Of a stretch of DNA of 63,789 nt, positions 32,502-42,996 are shown one piece after another. How positions within the stretch are numbered: position 1 is the stretch's first letter; the number at the start of each line of letters is the position of its first letter. A program made the position numbers and the translations under genes. The notes beneath the pieces are model-generated. The model was given only the letters and a program-made list of their open reading frames with translations. It was not told where the DNA came from and made no database searches. The DNA is taken from the NCBI GenBank assembly GCA_036397855.1, contig DASWID010000136.1:1-63789 (forward strand), read 5' to 3'. This DNA comes from Thermodesulfobacteriota bacterium (GTDB lineage Bacteria > Desulfobacterota_D > UBA1144 > Nemesobacterales > CSP1-2).

Positions 32502-33224
32502 TTATTTATTGTATATCAAAATATGTACTTCCTTCGGTCCATGTACTCCTAAAGTTAGATTTAACTCGATATCCGCAGTTCGGCTAGGACCTGTGATAAA
32601 TGTGAGACAACGCATGGGATTTTTACCACGCATTTCCTGATGATATTCATGCTTAACTATCTGAAATAACTGAAAAATATTGTGAACGATCTTTTTTGAC
32701 TCTAAAATAGCTATATGTACTGGAGCTATAAGTGATACTAACCGTGGTTTCTTCGGATTTGAGAATAAAACCAAGGTTCCTGAATCAGCAATTGCATAAT
32801 CCGCTTCGGTAATACCTATATCTGCTTTTGCAAGTTGCTCTTTATCATGTGACTTAATTAGCCTTAGCCCATTACTTTCAAGATATTCAATAACCTTCAA
32901 TTTCTTGATTAAAGCCGTTTCCCATACCAGGAATGATTTTGAATTAGATTCAGCAGTTAAGTTAGAAAGATACTCCTTGATTTGATCCTCGTTATTTATT
33001 ACTTTAGCGATCCCATTTACCTTAGTTAGCTCATTCATGAAATTTTCAATGAGGTTCTCGCTTTCCTGTACCAGGTTCTGAGCAGTTCGTGTTTCTCGTC
33101 TGTAGTTATGTAAATCAGCTTCTTTATGGAATATGGATTCTGGAGCATCCGTCTTTTCATCACCAGGCCTATAAATTCCTCTTTTTATCGTATTTAATAT
33201 CTTATCCCTGGAACTTATTCCCAT
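32502..33224 (-). CDS. lutC: lactate utilisation protein C (LUD domain)
   Basis: Gene order lutA-lutB-lutC, LUD-like sequence, overlaps lutB by 10 nt. Confidence 0.75.
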   Translation of the reverse strand: MGISSRDKILNTIKRGIYRPGDEKTDAPESIFHKEADLHNYRRETRTAQNLVQESENLIENFMNELTKVNGIAKVINNEDQIKEYLSNLTAESNSKSFLVWETALIKKLKVIEYLESNGLRLIKSHDKEQLAKADIGITEADYAIADSGTLVLFSNPKKPRLVSLIAPVHIAILESKKIVHNIFQLFQIVKHEYHQEMRGKNPMRCLTFITGPSRTADIELNLTLGVHGPKEVHILIYNK

Positions 33225-34660
33225 ACTTGTTCATCCTTTATTTCATCCCATCGTTTCCTGAAGGGTTTTTTCGCAAAGACTGGTAGATCTCTGTTTTTCG
33301 CCCATTGTGAGAACGGTGGGGGCAGCAAGGTTATATTATGTCCATTTCCACGATTCCACAGTTTTTGAACATAATAGGCTAATGTGATTAATGCCATATA
33401 AACCCTTGGACTCTGCATCGATAGGCGCCAGAGTTTGATTCCCAGGCTCTCGAATGTCCTAACCCCTACCCTATTCATTTTTCTGTTTTCTTCAATGACC
33501 CTATTCCTGAGTTCCAATAGAACCTTCGGTATATCGATTTTCAGGGGACAAACATCTTTACACGCTCCACAAAGAGAGGAAGCAAATGGAAGGTCAGGTG
33601 CTTTATCAAACCCCAGGAGTTGCGGAGATATGATCGCACCAATAGGACCGGAATAGACCCAACCATATGAATGTCCTCCGACCTTTCTGTAAACAGGACA
33701 GATGTTAAGACAGGCACCACACCTTATACAATAAAGGGATTCCCTGGTTTCATCAGAGGCCAGAATATTTGATCTTCCATTATCCAGTAATACGAGATGA
33801 AATTCTTCAGGGCCATCTTTTTCGCTTTTTCTCTTTGGACCACTTATAAGGGACACGTATGAAGACATCTTTTGACCCGTAGCGCTTCTTGCCAGTATGC
33901 TCAGAAACAGCGCTAAATCCTCGAAGCGAGGAATTACCTTTTCTAGACCCATGAGGGCAACATGTATCCTTGGTAGAGTAGTTGTCAACCTAGCATTCCC
34001 TTCATTTTCAACGATTACAATAGTACCGGTCTCTGCCACAGCAAAGTTTGCACCTGATACTCCCATGTCTGCCATCAGAAACTTCTGTCTTAGTTTATCC
34101 CTAGCTATCCTTGTGAGGTCTTCGGGTTCGGTGTAATAAGGGATCTTCAACTTTTCTGAAAAAAGTTTTGAAATATCTTCTTTAGTTTTGTGAATAGCCG
34201 GAGCGATTATATGTGACGGTGTTTCACCGGCAAGTTGAATAATATATTCACCAAGATCTGTTTCAATGGCCTCTATTCCCGCATTGTTAAGCGCATAGTT
34301 GAGCTCAATTTCTTCTGTTGCCATCGACTTACTCTTAACGACTGACTTCACTTTCCCATTCAAAGCAATCTCTAGAATTATCTTCGTCGCCTCATCAGCA
34401 TCCTTAGCCCAATGAACTATTCCTCCATTTTTAACGATGTTTTCTTCTAGCAGCTCCAGGTATGTGTCAAGCCTTGAAATTGTTTCCTTTTTTATTTCTC
34501 TCGCTATAGATCTTAAATCTTCCCAATTATCTACTTCCGCAATTGCAGTTTTTCTTCTTTCTCTAAAGCGATCTGTTGTAAATCTCAAAGCCTTCTGAAG
34601 GTTTTCATCTTTCAAGGCCTTGTCTGATTCTTTATTAAAATCGTGTCTATATAACCCCAT
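33215..34660 (-). CDS. lutB: lactate utilisation iron-sulfur protein B
   Basis: CIRCGACLNICP and CGACKDVCP 4Fe-4S motifs in a ~480-aa LutB-like protein. Confidence 0.9.
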   Translation of the reverse strand: MGLYRHDFNKESDKALKDENLQKALRFTTDRFRERRKTAIAEVDNWEDLRSIAREIKKETISRLDTYLELLEENIVKNGGIVHWAKDADEATKIILEIALNGKVKSVVKSKSMATEEIELNYALNNAGIEAIETDLGEYIIQLAGETPSHIIAPAIHKTKEDISKLFSEKLKIPYYTEPEDLTRIARDKLRQKFLMADMGVSGANFAVAETGTIVIVENEGNARLTTTLPRIHVALMGLEKVIPRFEDLALFLSILARSATGQKMSSYVSLISGPKRKSEKDGPEEFHLVLLDNGRSNILASDETRESLYCIRCGACLNICPVYRKVGGHSYGWVYSGPIGAIISPQLLGFDKAPDLPFASSLCGACKDVCPLKIDIPKVLLELRNRVIEENRKMNRVGVRTFESLGIKLWRLSMQSPRVYMALITLAYYVQKLWNRGNGHNITLLPPPFSQWAKNRDLPVFAKKPFRKRWDEIKDEQVWE

Positions 34661-34682
34661 TTTGAAAACTAATTACTGATGA

Positions 34683-35408
34683 TTAGCCTCGATCCGAAGC
34701 GAGGAGTTCTGCCAAATGCATGGTCTCGATAGGGATTTTTCTTCTTTTTAGTGCTCCGCCAATCTGCATAAGACATCCCATATCCGCTGATACTACCGCT
34801 TCGGCACCCGTGTTTATAATATTTTCTAGCTTTTCGTCTAATATGGAAACAGATACGTCTGGAAACTTTATTGAGAATGTTCCTCCGAAACCACAGCATG
34901 AATCGCTATTGTTCATCTCAATAAAATCGATCCCCTTGACGGAATTAATGAGTTTTCTGGGCTCATCCTTAATTTTCAACTCTCTTAATAGATGACAGGA
35001 GTCGTGATACGTAACCTTACCAGCATAATAAGCTCCTACGTCTTTCATTTTCAATACGTTTACAATGAAATCAGAAAACTCATGAGTCCTCAATGATACC
35101 CTCTCGATGATTTCATGCATTTCCGGATTGTTCTTAAATAGTTCCTTATAAAAAATCTTTACCATACTTGTACATGAGCCTGAAGGACAGACGATATAGT
35201 CATCACGATCAAATAGAGAAAGAAACCTCTTTGCAAGTATTTTGGCATCGGAATGATAACCGCTATTAAAGGCAGGTTGTCCGCAGCAGGTTTGGTCTCC
35301 AAGAAAATCTAAATCTACACCAATTCTTCTGAGAACCTCTACCATGCTTTCGCCGACATGAGGAAAAAAGGTATCGACTAGGCAAGTTATAAATATGTAG
35401 GCTTTTAT
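34683..35408 (-). CDS. lutA: lactate utilisation protein A (CCG-domain Fe-S oxidoreductase); proposed ATA start
   Basis: TCCGQP and SCCGFGG CCG motifs. The conserved N-terminus KAYIFITCLVDTFFPHVGES lies upstream of the first ATG with no ATG/GTG/TTG in frame. AAGGAAGG lies 7 nt before ATA at 35408. Confidence 0.8.
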   Translation of the reverse strand: MKAYIFITCLVDTFFPHVGESMVEVLRRIGVDLDFLGDQTCCGQPAFNSGYHSDAKILAKRFLSLFDRDDYIVCPSGSCTSMVKIFYKELFKNNPEMHEIIERVSLRTHEFSDFIVNVLKMKDVGAYYAGKVTYHDSCHLLRELKIKDEPRKLINSVKGIDFIEMNNSDSCCGFGGTFSIKFPDVSVSILDEKLENIINTGAEAVVSADMGCLMQIGGALKRRKIPIETMHLAELLASDRG

Positions 35409-35586
35409 TTCAGTGCCTTCCTTTTTGAGAGCAATTTAAAATGCGCCGATTGATTGTCGGTCCCCTCTTGATTATTTCCATTAGAAATTCCCATGTCAAG
35501 AACTACCGGGTCTTTTACCTTTATTGATATTATGTACAGATAAATTAGAATATCATGTCTTAACACTATCTAAGGAGACACCATTT

Positions 35587-36348
35587 ATGAAGATATTTTT
35601 AGGATTGATTACCGTTGGTGTTTTAATAAGCATCGCGCTTAGTGCATGGATACTTCTAGAATTGGAATCAGTTAAGAGCGATATTAGTGTCAGGAATCAA
35701 GAAATATCTAGCGCCATGGAAGACTTAAAGAAGTTAGCTGCGTCGAGGCCTGACGCACGTCCCGCTTCTCCCACCCCTGCCAGACCTCAAAATGTTACAG
35801 TGAGTATAGACGATGACCCTGTGAAGGGGGATCCTAAGGCACCTGTTACAGTGATTGAGTTTAGTGATTATCAATGTCCATTCTGTAAGAGGTTTTATGA
35901 TCAGGTCTTACCATCTTTGGAGAATGAGTACATTAGCAAAGGCAAGGTGAGACTTGTCTTCAGAGATTATCCACTGGATTTTCATAAAAATGCTCTTCCT
36001 GCTGCCATTGCTGCCAACTGTGCTGGGGAACAGGGAAAATACTGGGAAGTTCATAACTTCTTGTTTGAAAACCCGAATAAGCTCGATACTGCTAGTATAC
36101 TAAGCTCTACAGAAGAGTTAAATCTCAATCGTGAAACACTTGAGAAATGTGTTAATGATAAGACAAAGGAAGCTGAGATTAATAAAGATTTTCAGGAAGG
36201 TCAGTTATACGGTGTAAGAGGTACCCCAAGTTTCTTTGTTGGAAAAACCGACGATAACAAGAATGAAATGACTGGTGTATACATCAGGGGAGCACAACCA
36301 TTCCAAGTCTTTAAGGCAGAAATTGATAAACTCCTTGCTGAAAAATAG
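35587..36348 (+). CDS. DsbA-family thiol:disulfide oxidoreductase, membrane-anchored
   Basis: CPFC active site and an N-terminal TM helix. ATG at 35587 follows AAGGAG. Confidence 0.8.
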   Translation: MKIFLGLITVGVLISIALSAWILLELESVKSDISVRNQEISSAMEDLKKLAASRPDARPASPTPARPQNVTVSIDDDPVKGDPKAPVTVIEFSDYQCPFCKRFYDQVLPSLENEYISKGKVRLVFRDYPLDFHKNALPAAIAANCAGEQGKYWEVHNFLFENPNKLDTASILSSTEELNLNRETLEKCVNDKTKEAEINKDFQEGQLYGVRGTPSFFVGKTDDNKNEMTGVYIRGAQPFQVFKAEIDKLLAEK

Positions 36349-36732
36349 ATGATCACCCGAAGCGGTTTTTCAGATACTACGAACCGTGATATTATCGAAA
36401 CGGTCGTTGTACAAGATTTATTTAAGTAGCCAATTTCCTCTAAATTGGTATAGTGTTTCCGCTGTCAATCGCGTCCGACCCCGCAGTTATTGCTCGAGAT
36501 GGCATATTATTTATGGATAATCTCTTAATTTTTAACGTGCTATTTCCTAAACCTTTGCCCAATTGAATTGGTTTAAATGGGCATTCAAAAAATTGCCAAA
36601 ATCAATTCCGGAAGCGTTAGAAAAAGTGACAATCATTAGTGTGATCTCGAAGGAACAAAGTGACTGAGAGAACTAATTAATTATCGCAATAGATATCTCG
36701 CATTCGCTCGATACGCAAGCGTTTTTTGTTAG

Positions 36733-36784
36733 CCCTGTCCTGAGCTAGGTCGAAGGATTGTTACTTTGTATCAAGACAAAGTAA
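36733..36784 (+). repeat. third partial copy of the REP/MITE unit (CCTGAGC..TCGAAGG plus terminal hairpin)
   Basis: ccctgtcctgagctaggtcgaaggattgttactttgtatcaagacaaagtaa matches the inner end of the 1876-2131 arm. Confidence 0.75.
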
Positions 36785-36951
36785 ATATTGTAAAAGTTTT
36801 AATTAATCTGAAATAACTACCTATAGATTCTGGCTTCCCAAGGATCTAACGTCTGCGGTGAAATAATCAATCACATTAAACCTACTATTCCCCTTCGCCA
36901 CCGGGAAATAATATTTACGTTTCTACAGGCGATATGTAAAATATCAATTCT

Positions 36952-38022
36952 ATGATTAATCCGAACCGACATGAGCTTGCGATTCCTCCCCATTTCGATC
37001 CAGACATGGTATCCAAGGTATGGAAGGTGGATTATCAAAAAATTGCTAAGACCGCAAGCGACTGGTCTAAGAAGCATAATATTCAGCCTTCAGGTAATGA
37101 AAGCTTCAAGCTTTGTCTCATGATTGTCGATGCTCAGAATACCTTTTGCATCCCGGATTTTGAGCTTTTTGTTGGTGGCAGGTCTGGAAAAGGAGCAGTA
37201 CATGACAATCAAAAATTATGCGATTTCATATACCGAAACCTGCACCTAATTACCCAGATCATGCCCACAATGGACACACACCAGGCAATGCAAATTTTCC
37301 ATAGTATATTTCTCGTGGATGAGAAGGGAGAGCACCCCTCCCCTTTTACTCTCATCTCACATGAAGATATCAGAGATGGTCGCTGGCGATTTAATGAATT
37401 ACTCAGCCATGATTTGAAACGAAATCCGCAGTACATTAACAGTTATCTGCTGCATTACACGGAGGAGTTAAAAAAAACAGGCAAGTATGAACTCACGATT
37501 TGGCCGTATCATGCAATGTTGGGTGGCATCGGTCACGCTTTGGTCTCATCTATCGAAGAGGCGATTTTTTTCCATACGATGGCAAGGCACAGTCAGCCAT
37601 ATATTCATGTTAAGGGAGATAATCCTTTGACCGAGCATTACTCGGTTTTAGGCCCAGAAGTGAAATCGGGTCCAGACGGCAACCCCATAGGATTAAGGGC
37701 AGAATCACTGTTTCAGAAAACTTCACAGTCAGAGGAATTATCTTACGAATTGACAGCCTTTGACGCAATTGTAATAGCTGGTCAGGCAAAGAGTCATTGT
37801 GTTGCATGGACAATATCTGACTTACTGGATGTAGTAATGAAAGTCGATAAGAGCCTGGTAGAAAAGGTCTATCTATTGGAGGATTGCACATCGCCGGTGG
37901 TGATTCCCGGGATTATAGACTATACGGACGAAGCTGATATGGCCTTTAAAAGATTTGAAGATGCCGGGATGCATATTGTAAGCTCAACAGAGCCAATAGC
38001 AAGCTGGCCAGGTCTAGAATAG
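36952..38022 (+). CDS. isochorismatase-family cysteine hydrolase (nicotinamidase-like), N-terminally extended
   Basis: LMIVDAQNTFC (Asp) and IAGQAKSHCVAWT (Cys) match the family catalytic positions. Confidence 0.55.
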   Translation: MINPNRHELAIPPHFDPDMVSKVWKVDYQKIAKTASDWSKKHNIQPSGNESFKLCLMIVDAQNTFCIPDFELFVGGRSGKGAVHDNQKLCDFIYRNLHLITQIMPTMDTHQAMQIFHSIFLVDEKGEHPSPFTLISHEDIRDGRWRFNELLSHDLKRNPQYINSYLLHYTEELKKTGKYELTIWPYHAMLGGIGHALVSSIEEAIFFHTMARHSQPYIHVKGDNPLTEHYSVLGPEVKSGPDGNPIGLRAESLFQKTSQSEELSYELTAFDAIVIAGQAKSHCVAWTISDLLDVVMKVDKSLVEKVYLLEDCTSPVVIPGIIDYTDEADMAFKRFEDAGMHIVSSTEPIASWPGLE

Positions 38023-38111
38023 CTGGCAATTACTTAAAGTTCAATATCAAATCCTGTTCATGTTTATCTATAAAATGGGTCATAGATTCAGTTAGGGGAT
38101 GGTCCACTATC

Positions 38112-40913
38112 TCAAATATCCCTTTTCTCAAGATTAGCCACGCATCTATCGCAAATTGTTGGATGATCCGGGTTGTCGCCTACAGAGATTCTATAAGTCC
38201 AGCACCTTTCGCATTTCTCTCCGGGCGCTTTAATAACCTTTACAATAAGTCGCTGTAGTTCATCGCTCTTAAATATGAAATCGGCCCCTTCAGGGGGCTT
38301 ATTTAAAAGCTCTGTATGCGATACAATAGCGAGTACCCTTAATTGCTCAAGATTATCGGATATAAATGAGATAGTTTCAGCATCGCCGTATATCTCAACG
38401 CCGGCCTCAAGTGAACTTCTGATAAATTTACCATTTCTTGCTATCTCCAGCGCTTTTAAGATCTCGTCTCTGATGACTATCAATTTATTCCACTTTTCTT
38501 CAATATTATTATCAATAAAGTCAACTTCAGGGAATGTGGTGAGATGGACACTTTCTTCCACTTTTCCGGGAATATATCTCCAAATCTCATCTGTTGTAAA
38601 CGTAAGGATTGGTGCAGATAGTTTGGTAAGCCAGCTCAAGACTATATACATTGCAGTCTGAGAGGATCTTCTCTTCCGTGAATTTGGATAGTAAGTGTAC
38701 AGAAGTTCCTTTTGAACATCCAAATACACCGAGCTCAAATCAACAATGCAAAACCTTTGCAATTCATGGTATACGACATGGAATTCATATCGATCGTATG
38801 CTCTTAGTATCACGCTGGTTGATATTGCCAGCTTGTGAAGCATCCATTTGTCGATTTCATCGAGGTTCTCATAACCCAGTCGATCTTTCGAAGGATCAAA
38901 ATCGAAGAGGTTTCCAAGGAGGTATCGAAATGTATTTCTTATCTTTCTGTATGATTCAATAAGCCTGTCCAGTATCTCATTGGAGATTCTAATATCTCCC
39001 CTGTAATCCTCCGCTGCTACCCATAACCTCAGTATTTCTGCTCCGTACTTACTGAGAATGTCAGAGGGAGAAATTACATTACCCTTTGATTTTGACATCT
39101 TTTCGCCTTCCTTATCCACGACAAAACCGTGCGTTAGTACTGATCTATAAGGAGCCTTATCCCTGGTTCCCACAGACACGAGCAGACTCGAGTGAAACCA
39201 TCCCCTGTGCTGATCGCTTCCCTCGAGGTACATATCAGCCGGCATATATAGCTCAGAATTCCTTTCCAGAACGGCAGCAAAGCTTACGCCTGAATCAAAC
39301 CAGACATCGAGAATATCGGTTTCCTTTACGAATTTATCACTGCCGCACTCCGGGCATTTTGTCCCTGTAGGAATAAGTTCATGCACATCGAGTGTAAACC
39401 AAACATCCGAACCATGCTCCCTAAAAATTTCAGAGACATGATAGACAATCTCTGGATCCATCAACGCATGGTCGCATTCTGAGCAGTAGAAAATGACTAT
39501 TGGCACACCCCAGGCCCTCTGCCTTGAGACACACCAATCAGGGCGATTCTGAACCATGTTGTATATTCTTTCCCTACCCCAGTGAGGGATCCATTTCACT
39601 TTATCAATTTCCCGAAGTGACTTCGATCTTAGTCCGTTATTCTCCATTGAGATAAACCACTGGGGGGTTGCCCGGAAGATAATCGGATTTTTGCATCTCC
39701 AGCAGTGGGGGTATGAGTGAGTCAACTCACCCTCATCGAGAAGATTTCCTACCTCCTTTAATTTTTCGATAATGCTTTTATTTGCGTCGTAAACAAATGT
39801 GCCGCCAAAATACTCAACGTCCCCAGTAAATACACCCCTTTTATCCACGGGGGCATAAATATCAAGATTGAGTTTCACGCCAATTTCATAGTCATCCTGT
39901 CCATGTCCCGGGGCTATATGAACGATTCCGGTGCCAGCATCAAGCGTGACAAAGGTTCCGAGGGTAACAATGGAGTTTCTGTTATAAAAAGGGTGTCTAA
40001 CCTCTATTCCCTGTATTTCGTCTCCTTTAAACGTCTCAATTATTTGAGTCTCGTTTCCTAAGACCTTTTCGACAAGGGCTTCTGCCAAAATCAAGACTTC
40101 ATCTTTATAGGCAACCGCAACGTATGTATAATCAGGATTAAATGCAAGAGCCAGATTTGCTGGAAGAGTCCAGGGAGTTGTAGTCCAGATCAAAGCATAT
40201 ACTTTCTTATCTTTGAGTGAAGGAAATTTTGAAATCAATGTATCAGGTTCGACGGGAAACTTAACATAAATTGACGGTGATACCTTATTGTCATATTCAA
40301 CCTCAGCCTCTGCCAGCGCGGTCTGACAATCATAACACCAGTACACCGGTTTTTTCCCTCGATACAGGTTTCCCGCTTTAATAAAGTTTCCAAGCTCACT
40401 GGCTATAGTGGCCTCGTAATCAAAATCCATAGTCAGATAGGGATTCTCCCAATCTCCAAAAACCCCTATGCGTATAAACTCATCGCGTTGAATCTTCACA
40501 AATCTGTCGGCATATTCCCTACACAGGTTTCTTATTTCATCTATAGTTGTGGATTGCTTACCGGGTCCCAGACCTTTCGTGACTTGATATTCAATCGGAA
40601 GGCCATGACAATCCCAGCCTGGAACAAAATAAGAATCCATCCCGGTCATTGTCTTCGATTTTACGATAATGTCCTTGAGTATCTTATTCAAACAGTGACC
40701 AAGGTGTATGTGCCCATTCGCATACGGCGGTCCATCGTGCAGAATAAATTTAGGCCTCCCCTTCGATGTTTGTCTGACCTTTTTATAAAGTTCATTCTGG
40801 TCCCAAGCTTTCAGAATTTCGGGCTCCATCTGATTAAGGTTCCCCTTCATTTTGAGATCGGTTCTTGGAAGATTTAGGGTGTCTTTATAATCTATGCTCT
40901 TTTCATCGGCCAT
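38112..40913 (-). CDS. ileS: isoleucine--tRNA ligase
   Basis: PYANGHIHLGH (HIGH), KMSKS and a C-terminal CxxC zinc motif. 933 aa. Confidence 0.97.
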   Translation of the reverse strand: MADEKSIDYKDTLNLPRTDLKMKGNLNQMEPEILKAWDQNELYKKVRQTSKGRPKFILHDGPPYANGHIHLGHCLNKILKDIIVKSKTMTGMDSYFVPGWDCHGLPIEYQVTKGLGPGKQSTTIDEIRNLCREYADRFVKIQRDEFIRIGVFGDWENPYLTMDFDYEATIASELGNFIKAGNLYRGKKPVYWCYDCQTALAEAEVEYDNKVSPSIYVKFPVEPDTLISKFPSLKDKKVYALIWTTTPWTLPANLALAFNPDYTYVAVAYKDEVLILAEALVEKVLGNETQIIETFKGDEIQGIEVRHPFYNRNSIVTLGTFVTLDAGTGIVHIAPGHGQDDYEIGVKLNLDIYAPVDKRGVFTGDVEYFGGTFVYDANKSIIEKLKEVGNLLDEGELTHSYPHCWRCKNPIIFRATPQWFISMENNGLRSKSLREIDKVKWIPHWGRERIYNMVQNRPDWCVSRQRAWGVPIVIFYCSECDHALMDPEIVYHVSEIFREHGSDVWFTLDVHELIPTGTKCPECGSDKFVKETDILDVWFDSGVSFAAVLERNSELYMPADMYLEGSDQHRGWFHSSLLVSVGTRDKAPYRSVLTHGFVVDKEGEKMSKSKGNVISPSDILSKYGAEILRLWVAAEDYRGDIRISNEILDRLIESYRKIRNTFRYLLGNLFDFDPSKDRLGYENLDEIDKWMLHKLAISTSVILRAYDRYEFHVVYHELQRFCIVDLSSVYLDVQKELLYTYYPNSRKRRSSQTAMYIVLSWLTKLSAPILTFTTDEIWRYIPGKVEESVHLTTFPEVDFIDNNIEEKWNKLIVIRDEILKALEIARNGKFIRSSLEAGVEIYGDAETISFISDNLEQLRVLAIVSHTELLNKPPEGADFIFKSDELQRLIVKVIKAPGEKCERCWTYRISVGDNPDHPTICDRCVANLEKRDI

Positions 40914-41059
40914 ATGGTGATTTTTCTCCGGCTATATTAGATTGGTCAAAGCGTTAATGGTTGGTTCGTGGTTTCTTCTTAAAGTGAAAAGAATATTAGT
41001 CAAGATAGATGGAAATGCAAGCGGAGTTAAAGGTTAATATTGAAGATAAGTTTGGTTAA

Positions 41060-41395
41060 TTATTCTCCTACTATTTCCACTAGTTCTTCATACACTCTTC
41101 TCGAAAATGCAACCCAATTTTCCCATGCTTCCATGTATTCCATGCCTTCATCGACCTTTTTCTTAAGTATGATACCGATGCTTGTATGCTCGATCAAAAA
41201 TTCCTCATCTCCATCAATTTTTTTTTGAAGAATTTCAGCATATTGTTTGATAAGTTTAAGCTTACCTTCATCATCTTCTCGCAGCTCCATAATAAAATAG
41301 GGTTTTGTTTGAGCCGTTGGCATCTGCATTATGTTGCAATTCATGTAGAGTCCCTTCTGAATCGTTTCTGCCTTCATTGAAATGAGAATGTCCAT
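41060..41395 (-). CDS. hypothetical protein
   Basis: 111-aa ORF with AAGGA 6 nt upstream. No motif recognised. Confidence 0.45.
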   Translation of the reverse strand: MDILISMKAETIQKGLYMNCNIMQMPTAQTKPYFIMELREDDEGKLKLIKQYAEILQKKIDGDEEFLIEHTSIGIILKKKVDEGMEYMEAWENWVAFSRRVYEELVEIVGE

Positions 41396-41766
41396 CCTAT
41401 TCCTTTGGATAGATTTTATCAGGTTTTTATTTTAAGACCAGGTAAGTGTGGATGTCAAGCAGGGTATTGAAGATATATTTATAGGTAACAATCAGGGATT
41501 TTTTTGGGGTTTTTGTTAACCCACCAAAGAGACTAAGCCGACAAAATTATGCTTGCCTACCCTTCTCTTCACTTTTTTCAAGAAAATTTCCGCCTCGCCC
41601 GAACCGCCCTTGTCATTCTCGGACGCAGTAATCGGGAATCCATCAACAGCGAGGTTTCCTTTTCCCTCTCTGTACCTCTAAATCCATTCACACTGAGCCC
41701 TAACTCTAATCGAAGGTTCCATGCGCCTGTACTAATTCAATCGGAGAGCAACCGGCGAATACACAC

Positions 41767-41910
41767 GTAGCGGAGGACTTCAGTCCTCCACTTATCTTTT
41801 AATTGATAATGAAAAGTAAGAGGACGTTCTCGATGAGAAAAGTACCAAAGACGCTTTAAAAAAGTACCGGGAAGAACAACAAAAAGAAAAATAACTCATT
41901 TATTAACGCC
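41767..41910 (+). repeat. left arm of the inverted repeat flanking the esterase gene
   Basis: Matches the reverse complement of 43143-43294. Contains the palindrome ggaggact-tc-agtcctcc (41772-41789). Confidence 0.75.
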
Positions 41911-41920
41911 CCAGAAAAAG

Positions 41921-42901
41921 TCATTTCCTAAAGGCTTCGCGAAGAGACGAACATGTTGCAGCCATCGCAATTCTAGATTGATCAAACATCCCTACAAAGT
42001 TAAAGAAAGCGTGAATCATTCCGTTATAGCGCACCAATTTTACTTTTACGCTAGCTTCCCCCAGTCTTCGAGCATAGGATTCTCCCTCATCCCTTAAGAC
42101 ATCTAATTCACATGTTATTACAAGGGCAGGGACTGACCTACTAAGATCCTTCGCAAGCAATGGCGATACCTGAGGATTAAACGCATCTCTCTTCTTATTT
42201 AAATAAAGACCACGGAACCACGCCATATCAGCCTTTGTAAGAAAATAACCGGCAGCGTAACTACGATAAGATTCTGTGTGAAATGTAGAAAGATTCGTTA
42301 CCGGATATATAAGCAACTGATATATCAAAAACGGGCTGCCCTTATCCCTCGACATAAGTGATACTACAGCCGCTAAATTCCCTCCAGCACTATCTCCGCC
42401 AACGGCAATACGGGAAGGATCCCCGTTAAATACGATAGCATTGTCTGCCACCCACTTTGTAGCGGAATAACAGTCCTCGACTGCGGCAGGAAATTTATTC
42501 TCTGGGGCGAGACGGTAATCAACGGAAACTACAACACAGCCTGCCCCTTTACATAATGACCTACATACATTGTCGTGGGTATCGAGGTTGTCAATAACCC
42601 ATCCCCCGCCGTGGAAATATACAAGTACTGGGAAATGTTTTTCACACTCAGGTGTGTAAATACGTATTGGAATTTCTCCTGCGGGACCCGGAATGATTAT
42701 GTTCTCAATGCTTGCGACTTTTTCTAAGGGAAGGCCGAGTTGTTCACACGATTTAATTGCGAAATCACGTGCTTGGACCGGAGTCATTGATCCGAGTGTT
42801 GGAAGATTTGCCTTCTCCAAATTCTCCAGAAATTGTTTTACTTGAGGGTCTAGGACACCGCCCCTTGGACTAGTAATCGTCCTTTCATATTGTCTCGACA
42901 T
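41921..42901 (-). CDS. alpha/beta-hydrolase esterase/lipase, hormone-sensitive-lipase family
   Basis: HGGGW oxyanion motif and GDSAGG nucleophile elbow. AAGGAG lies upstream. Confidence 0.85.
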   Translation of the reverse strand: MSRQYERTITSPRGGVLDPQVKQFLENLEKANLPTLGSMTPVQARDFAIKSCEQLGLPLEKVASIENIIIPGPAGEIPIRIYTPECEKHFPVLVYFHGGGWVIDNLDTHDNVCRSLCKGAGCVVVSVDYRLAPENKFPAAVEDCYSATKWVADNAIVFNGDPSRIAVGGDSAGGNLAAVVSLMSRDKGSPFLIYQLLIYPVTNLSTFHTESYRSYAAGYFLTKADMAWFRGLYLNKKRDAFNPQVSPLLAKDLSRSVPALVITCELDVLRDEGESYARRLGEASVKVKLVRYNGMIHAFFNFVGMFDQSRIAMAATCSSLREAFRK

Positions 42902-42996
42902 TAGAATTGCTCCTTTCTATCTGGGAATCATAACATTTAGCCTAAGTCTTAAATTTCGTAATGTGAAATCGCTTGTGCTGTGAGTTTTATTAAAAT

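Noticed and set aside
40914-41059. T-box or attenuator leader upstream of ileS.
   Set aside because: The gap is only 146 nt. I could not find a T-box consensus-like sequence or a terminator/antiterminator pair.
41790-41899. Small ORFs starting MSYFSFC in both arms of the esterase inverted repeat. The left arm has a 35-codon minus-strand ORF; the right arm has a 13-codon plus-strand ORF at 43155-43196.
   Set aside because: The shared start simply reflects the repeated DNA. The frames diverge after 7-8 codons and end at different lengths, there is no good SD, and the composition is low-complexity.
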